Shown here piece after piece: positions 35,448-39,190 of a DNA stretch of 39,190 nt. The position numbers were made by a program, and so were the translations under genes. Numbering within the stretch: position 1 is the first letter of the stretch; the number at the start of each line of letters is the position of its first letter. Under the pieces are notes generated by a model that was given only the letters and a program-made list of their open reading frames with translations, had not been told where the DNA came from and searched no databases. The stretch comes from a bacterium (lineage in GTDB: Bacteria; T1Sed10-126; CAZEBV01), in assembly GCA_042219765.1 (NCBI GenBank), contig JBDGPI010000040.1:53567-92756 (forward strand). Direction: 5' to 3'.

Positions 35448-35826
35448 GAGCAACCACCGGAGAAAAAATCCGTTATTATTAGTAGATGTATTAAAGACAA
35501 ACAAAATAGTTCTTCATCAAAATATTATTAATACCAAAAAGTAAAAATCAACGAAGTCCACACCGTCAACCGAAATCAGGTACGATCGAATTATTTTTTA
35601 TTTCGAAGACATGGGTAAAGGGGTGTTAAAGGGTTTTCTTCTATAAAAATCCTTGAAGACAGTTACGAACAGTAAACCAAAGCTTATCGGGAGGACCAGG
35701 AAGTGGATCTGCCATTCGGTAAATTTTAAAGGTCAGCTGTTTTAAGCCAAAAAAAGATCGGGCGTCAAAACGCAGTATTCATGTTCATGCACAAACCGGC
35801 TCCATCAGTGAGGATTGGGATTGCAA

Positions 35827-36276
35827 TCAATTAACCAGTAAGACAAGAAACCATACCCACAGGACACCCCGCGCAGTCCAGGCCACAGTTCGGATCCAGT
35901 TACTCCTTAGCAAGAATTGATGTGTGGATTCGCTGTAGCCCTGATTCAATCTTTCGTGAGCGGGTCGTTGAAGAAAGTACGTGGAGAAGAGATTAACCAG
36001 GACCAGTAAGAAGCCTGCTATCCATAGCCTCCCGGACCCAAATCCGGGGGGATGATAGGCAAGAAATCCGGCAGTCAACGCCTCTGCGATCATTGGTAAA
36101 GCAACCACGGACGTCGTCCGAACCATATGGTTTTTCTGGTAGTGCTCGTAATTATCCTCCGGGACAATACCGTGCAGAGGATAATGGACTACCTGCACGA
36201 ACCAGATCAGACCGACCATGAACCACGTCGATAGTAGGTTCATTATCCATGCTGTCCGTACTATGACGTCACTCAA
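35827..36276 (-). CDS. Hypothetical 4-TM membrane protein (possibly DUF1772-like)
   Basis: Four hydrophobic segments, including a WFVQVVHYPL motif that I associate loosely with DUF1772-type membrane proteins. TTG start, with an ATG alternative 11 codons in. Confidence 0.5.
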   Translation of the reverse strand: MSDVIVRTAWIMNLLSTWFMVGLIWFVQVVHYPLHGIVPEDNYEHYQKNHMVRTTSVVALPMIAEALTAGFLAYHPPGFGSGRLWIAGFLLVLVNLFSTYFLQRPAHERLNQGYSESTHQFLLRSNWIRTVAWTARGVLWVWFLVLLVN

Positions 36277-36379
36277 ACATCGTCACCCCGGAATTGAAGT
36301 TTTTACTATCAAGCACTAAGATACAGTGTCAATCCGACATCGAGAGAAGATCGTATTTCTCTAACAGGATTGTAAAACC

Positions 36380-36817
36380 GTGACTGCTTCTTCCTCGACA
36401 AGCTCGCTTCAATCAAAATGGATGTTCTGGACCCTTATGATCGCCGCCGTTTACAACGGACTATGGGGACTGTTCATAATACTGTTTCCGGAGGCACTTT
36501 TCGACTGGTCTGGGATCAGCCCACCACTTTATCCCGAGATCTGGCAATGCGTGGGGATGATCGTTGGGGTTTACAGCATCGGTTATGCCATCGCGGCCAA
36601 CCGCCCGCTCGTCCACTGGCCCATCGTGCTCGTGGGATTACTGGGTAAGGTCTTTGGCCCGATCGGTTTTATCAGTGCCTGGTTGGAGGGGACGTTCAAC
36701 CCCCGGTTCGGTCTGACCATTCTTACCAACGACCTTATCTGGTGGATTCCATTTTCACTCATTCTGCTTCGAGCCTATCAGGCAGACTACGACCAACACG
36801 CGAAAAGCCAGGTTTAA
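36380..36817 (+). CDS. Hypothetical integral membrane protein
   Basis: A 145-codon ORF with four Trp/Gly-rich hydrophobic segments (WMFWTLMIAAVYNGLWGLFIILF, WQCVGMIVGVYSIGYAIA, IVLVGLLGKVFGPIGFI, LIWWIPFSLILL). No family recognised. It is divergent from the preceding membrane-protein gene. Confidence 0.5.
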   Translation: MTASSSTSSLQSKWMFWTLMIAAVYNGLWGLFIILFPEALFDWSGISPPLYPEIWQCVGMIVGVYSIGYAIAANRPLVHWPIVLVGLLGKVFGPIGFISAWLEGTFNPRFGLTILTNDLIWWIPFSLILLRAYQADYDQHAKSQV

Positions 36818-36895
36818 CGTCGTAGCAATGGATTCTTGGATTAATCCCGGAAAAGTGGATTATGACTTCAATGATCGAAGGACGTCAGCGCACCG

Positions 36896-37819
36896 TTGAC
36901 ACTCCCACTGGTTCACGACGCCACTTACAGTATTGAACTACAGGACGATCATCGCTTCCCGATGGCAAAATTTAACCGGCTTCATACGATACTCAAAAAC
37001 AAACTTGATCCTGAGGACAGAACGGTCCACACACCGCTGAACGATCCTCTTCCCTGGATCATGGCGACCCACAACAACGCCTACGTTAAGAATTTTGTGG
37101 AGGGAACGCTATCCGCATCACATCAACGCCAGATAGGGCTCCCCTGGAGTGAGGCTCTCGTGGACCGAACGATTACGGCAGTGGGAGGAACGCTCAGGAC
37201 CATTGACCTTGCCCTCGAATACGGCCTTGCCTGTAATACGGCCGGGGGAACACATCATGCTTTCCCGGACGAAGGATCCGGGTTCTGCATTCTGAATGAC
37301 CTGGCCGTTGGTGCGCAGCGGGCCATGAAGGAATACGAATTAACCTCCATACTCATCCTGGACCTCGACGTCCACCAGGGAAACGGAACGGCGAAATTCT
37401 TTCAGGATCACGACCGTATCAGTACCGCATCCTTCCACTGTGAAACCAATTTTCCTTTTGACCGAACCGAAGGGAACTGGGACATCGAAATCCCGGCGAA
37501 AGCCGGCGATCAGGAGTATCTAACAATACTCCGGGAAAACTTCGGGACAATACTGAATAGAGTTAAACCGGATTTAGTCATCTACGATGCCGGTGTGGAC
37601 GTCCACCGTGACGATAAACTTGGCAATCTTCAACTGACGGATGACGGTATTGCCCGCCGTGATCGGACGGTTATTGCTACTTTGCTCGAGAGACGGATAC
37701 CAATTGCCTGTGTAATTGGAGGCGGCTACGACGAGGACACTTCGAAACTGGCAAGGCGACACGCAATCCTTCATCTTACAGTTAAAGATTTACTTGCTGA
37801 CATGGCACACGCCGAATAG
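36896..37819 (+). CDS. Histone deacetylase-family (arginase-fold) deacetylase/amidohydrolase
   Basis: GGTHHAFPDEGSGFCILNDLAV (catalytic HH, and D..), LDLDVHQGNGT (zinc ligands D-H), YDAGVDVHRDDKLG and GGGY near the C-terminus. The TTG start at 36896 is the first possible start after an in-frame TGA at 36872. Confidence 0.85.
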   Translation: MTLPLVHDATYSIELQDDHRFPMAKFNRLHTILKNKLDPEDRTVHTPLNDPLPWIMATHNNAYVKNFVEGTLSASHQRQIGLPWSEALVDRTITAVGGTLRTIDLALEYGLACNTAGGTHHAFPDEGSGFCILNDLAVGAQRAMKEYELTSILILDLDVHQGNGTAKFFQDHDRISTASFHCETNFPFDRTEGNWDIEIPAKAGDQEYLTILRENFGTILNRVKPDLVIYDAGVDVHRDDKLGNLQLTDDGIARRDRTVIATLLERRIPIACVIGGGYDEDTSKLARRHAILHLTVKDLLADMAHAE

Positions 37820-38068
37820 CTTTAATAAAAATCAGGATAGTGTCGTGATAAATACCTGGGGATCCTCCAGTCGATAAACATCCGCCACGTTGATCCATCC
37901 GGTCAGTATTTCTAAAGATCATCCAAGCAAGATTTTCCTTTCGATTCCAGCGAATGGTCCTTTGACGGAGAAGGCTCCTACGTTGTCACTCCTGGCACGT
38001 CAAATTTCAGTGGAAAATCAACCGGAAGGAAAATCCATCCAGAGAAGAAGTCTTAACAGTTCAACCGG

Positions 38069-38938
38069 CTAAAGCCAGAGAGTATAACTGAATGTTGGTC
38101 CCTTAAACTGATTGTTCCTGACGTTCTTGAAGGCCCGGTATCCCACGGATAAACCGGAAGGCTTGGTGCTGGAAAAATGAAGACTTGCCTCGTATTTTTT
38201 GAGGTATTGACCCTCGAGAGGACTGTATAAATAGTCGAAACTTAAGTAAAAAGGCTTTATCGGAAACAGGTAGAACTGATTTCTGTATGAGACATCCTGG
38301 CGGTAGGTAGACGAAAGACTATCGTGATACATGCTATACCCAACGGAAAGTTCCCATATGAGGGATTGCCAGGGGGATACATTCAATCCCATAAAAGTGG
38401 ATCCAAGCTGAACTTTGTTATTGTTGTTTTCTCCGGAGACGTAATGATCGTAGGAAAGACCGAAGAAACCGCTGCCCGCACTATGTTCGTTGTAGTCAAA
38501 GGACCATCCGGATAGATCCGACTGTGACGAATGATAGGTCAAGTTTGAATCCAGAGCCGATCGATTAATTCCGGTGTCAGCACTTTCATCGTGCGGTTTC
38601 CAGATAGAATGTTTTGGATTTGAGTAAGGGGGAGACTCGTAGTTTCGACCCGGTGGATACACAAGACGACCGGCAGTGTTACCGACGTAAAGCATCCCTC
38701 GTGTTGTGTAAAACGCTGCCGCCACCCCAATTACTACGGCGGTACCGACAATTGTCCCTTCCAGACTGCTTTCATCATTGTCACTGCTTGCCGCTTCGTA
38801 AGTGGTGGGTCCGGTAGGAATACTTTTACCGTCCCTGATCTGGAGATCGGAAGCATTTGCGACATTGGCCAGGAGAAGTATTCCGGCCGCCAGCAGTGAG
38901 GTCAAAATCGTTGTGGGATGACTATCCGTGTGGAACAT
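38069..38938 (-). CDS. Secreted or envelope hypothetical protein, possibly a beta-barrel outer-membrane protein
   Basis: A signal-like TTILTSLLAAGILLLANVANA-SD, and a Tyr/Ser/Gly-rich C-terminal two-thirds with alternating hydrophobic residues (LSVGYSMYH, FYLSFDYLYS, ASLHFSS, LSVGYRAF, PTFSYTLWL). ATG 38938 is preceded by GAGGT with a 9-nt spacer. The ORF is open up to a GTG at 38959. Confidence 0.5.
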   Translation of the reverse strand: MFHTDSHPTTILTSLLAAGILLLANVANASDLQIRDGKSIPTGPTTYEAASSDNDESSLEGTIVGTAVVIGVAAAFYTTRGMLYVGNTAGRLVYPPGRNYESPPYSNPKHSIWKPHDESADTGINRSALDSNLTYHSSQSDLSGWSFDYNEHSAGSGFFGLSYDHYVSGENNNNKVQLGSTFMGLNVSPWQSLIWELSVGYSMYHDSLSSTYRQDVSYRNQFYLFPIKPFYLSFDYLYSPLEGQYLKKYEASLHFSSTKPSGLSVGYRAFKNVRNNQFKGPTFSYTLWL

Positions 38939-39190
38939 GATTATGCGACCTCGCGACACTACATCGAATCACCGTAAAGGATAAAAAACACCGGCCGTCC
39001 AGATCACGACGAAATGGTGCGTAAGTAATGTTCCGAAAAAACTAATGAGTACTCTATTCCACCTCTTAATTTGAATCTTAAAAATTTAAACGAACCGATG
39101 CAAGTCCATCTCTGGTGCTCGGAAACATTCAATCAAGGGCATTTTCGGTTTCAGCAGGTTGATTTCCCGTTAAATCGAGTCGCTAAAATT

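Noticed and set aside
1-39190. Search for CRISPR arrays, mobile elements, toxin-antitoxin pairs, or defence-island gene sets
   Set aside because: No regularly spaced direct repeats, no transposase, integrase or recombinase motifs, no terminal inverted repeats flanking a gene block, and no small adjacent gene pairs typical of TA modules were seen. The window reads as ordinary chromosomal content apart from the findings listed.

Overview
This is about 39 kb of densely coding, chromosome-like DNA with roughly 29 protein genes on both strands. I found no rRNA, tRNA, CRISPR array, transposase, integrase or prophage genes. The gene content looks bacterial: a GGDEF cyclase, a UvrC-type GIY-YIG domain, MscL, a LemA/M48 pair, lipobox signal peptides, and GGAGG-type ribosome-binding sites before several starts. 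Many predicted cytoplasmic proteins are visibly rich in Asp/Glu, which suggests a halophile, but the taxon cannot be assigned from this window. The content is a mix of signal transduction and housekeeping or accessory functions. Signal transduction comprises three HisKA_2-type sensor kinases, a GGDEF cyclase and an orphan CheA-like protein. The rest includes a two-domain fatty acyl-CoA reductase-like enzyme, two MBL-fold hydrolases, two methyltransferases, a GT2 glycosyltransferase, an SLC13 permease, a type-B carboxylesterase, a carotenoid cleavage oxygenase and an HDAC-family deacetylase. The strongest finding is a likely selenoprotein gene that the ORF track truncates. It is a glutaredoxin-like gene at 30582..30953 (minus strand) with a single in-frame TGA where the first Cys of the CPFC redox motif should be. 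A perfect hairpin with a GGUC loop follows 15 nt downstream, consistent with a bacterial SECIS. Secondary oddities are a ParB-domain protein with a lipoprotein signal peptide and a TM anchor, a CheA-like protein with degenerate ATP-binding boxes, an exonuclease/GIY-YIG fusion with a degenerate DEDDh motif, a long LemA/M48 overlap centred on a T8 tract, and an 860-nt divergent intergenic region carrying a perfect 11-bp inverted repeat. I did not recognise a defence system or a mobile element.
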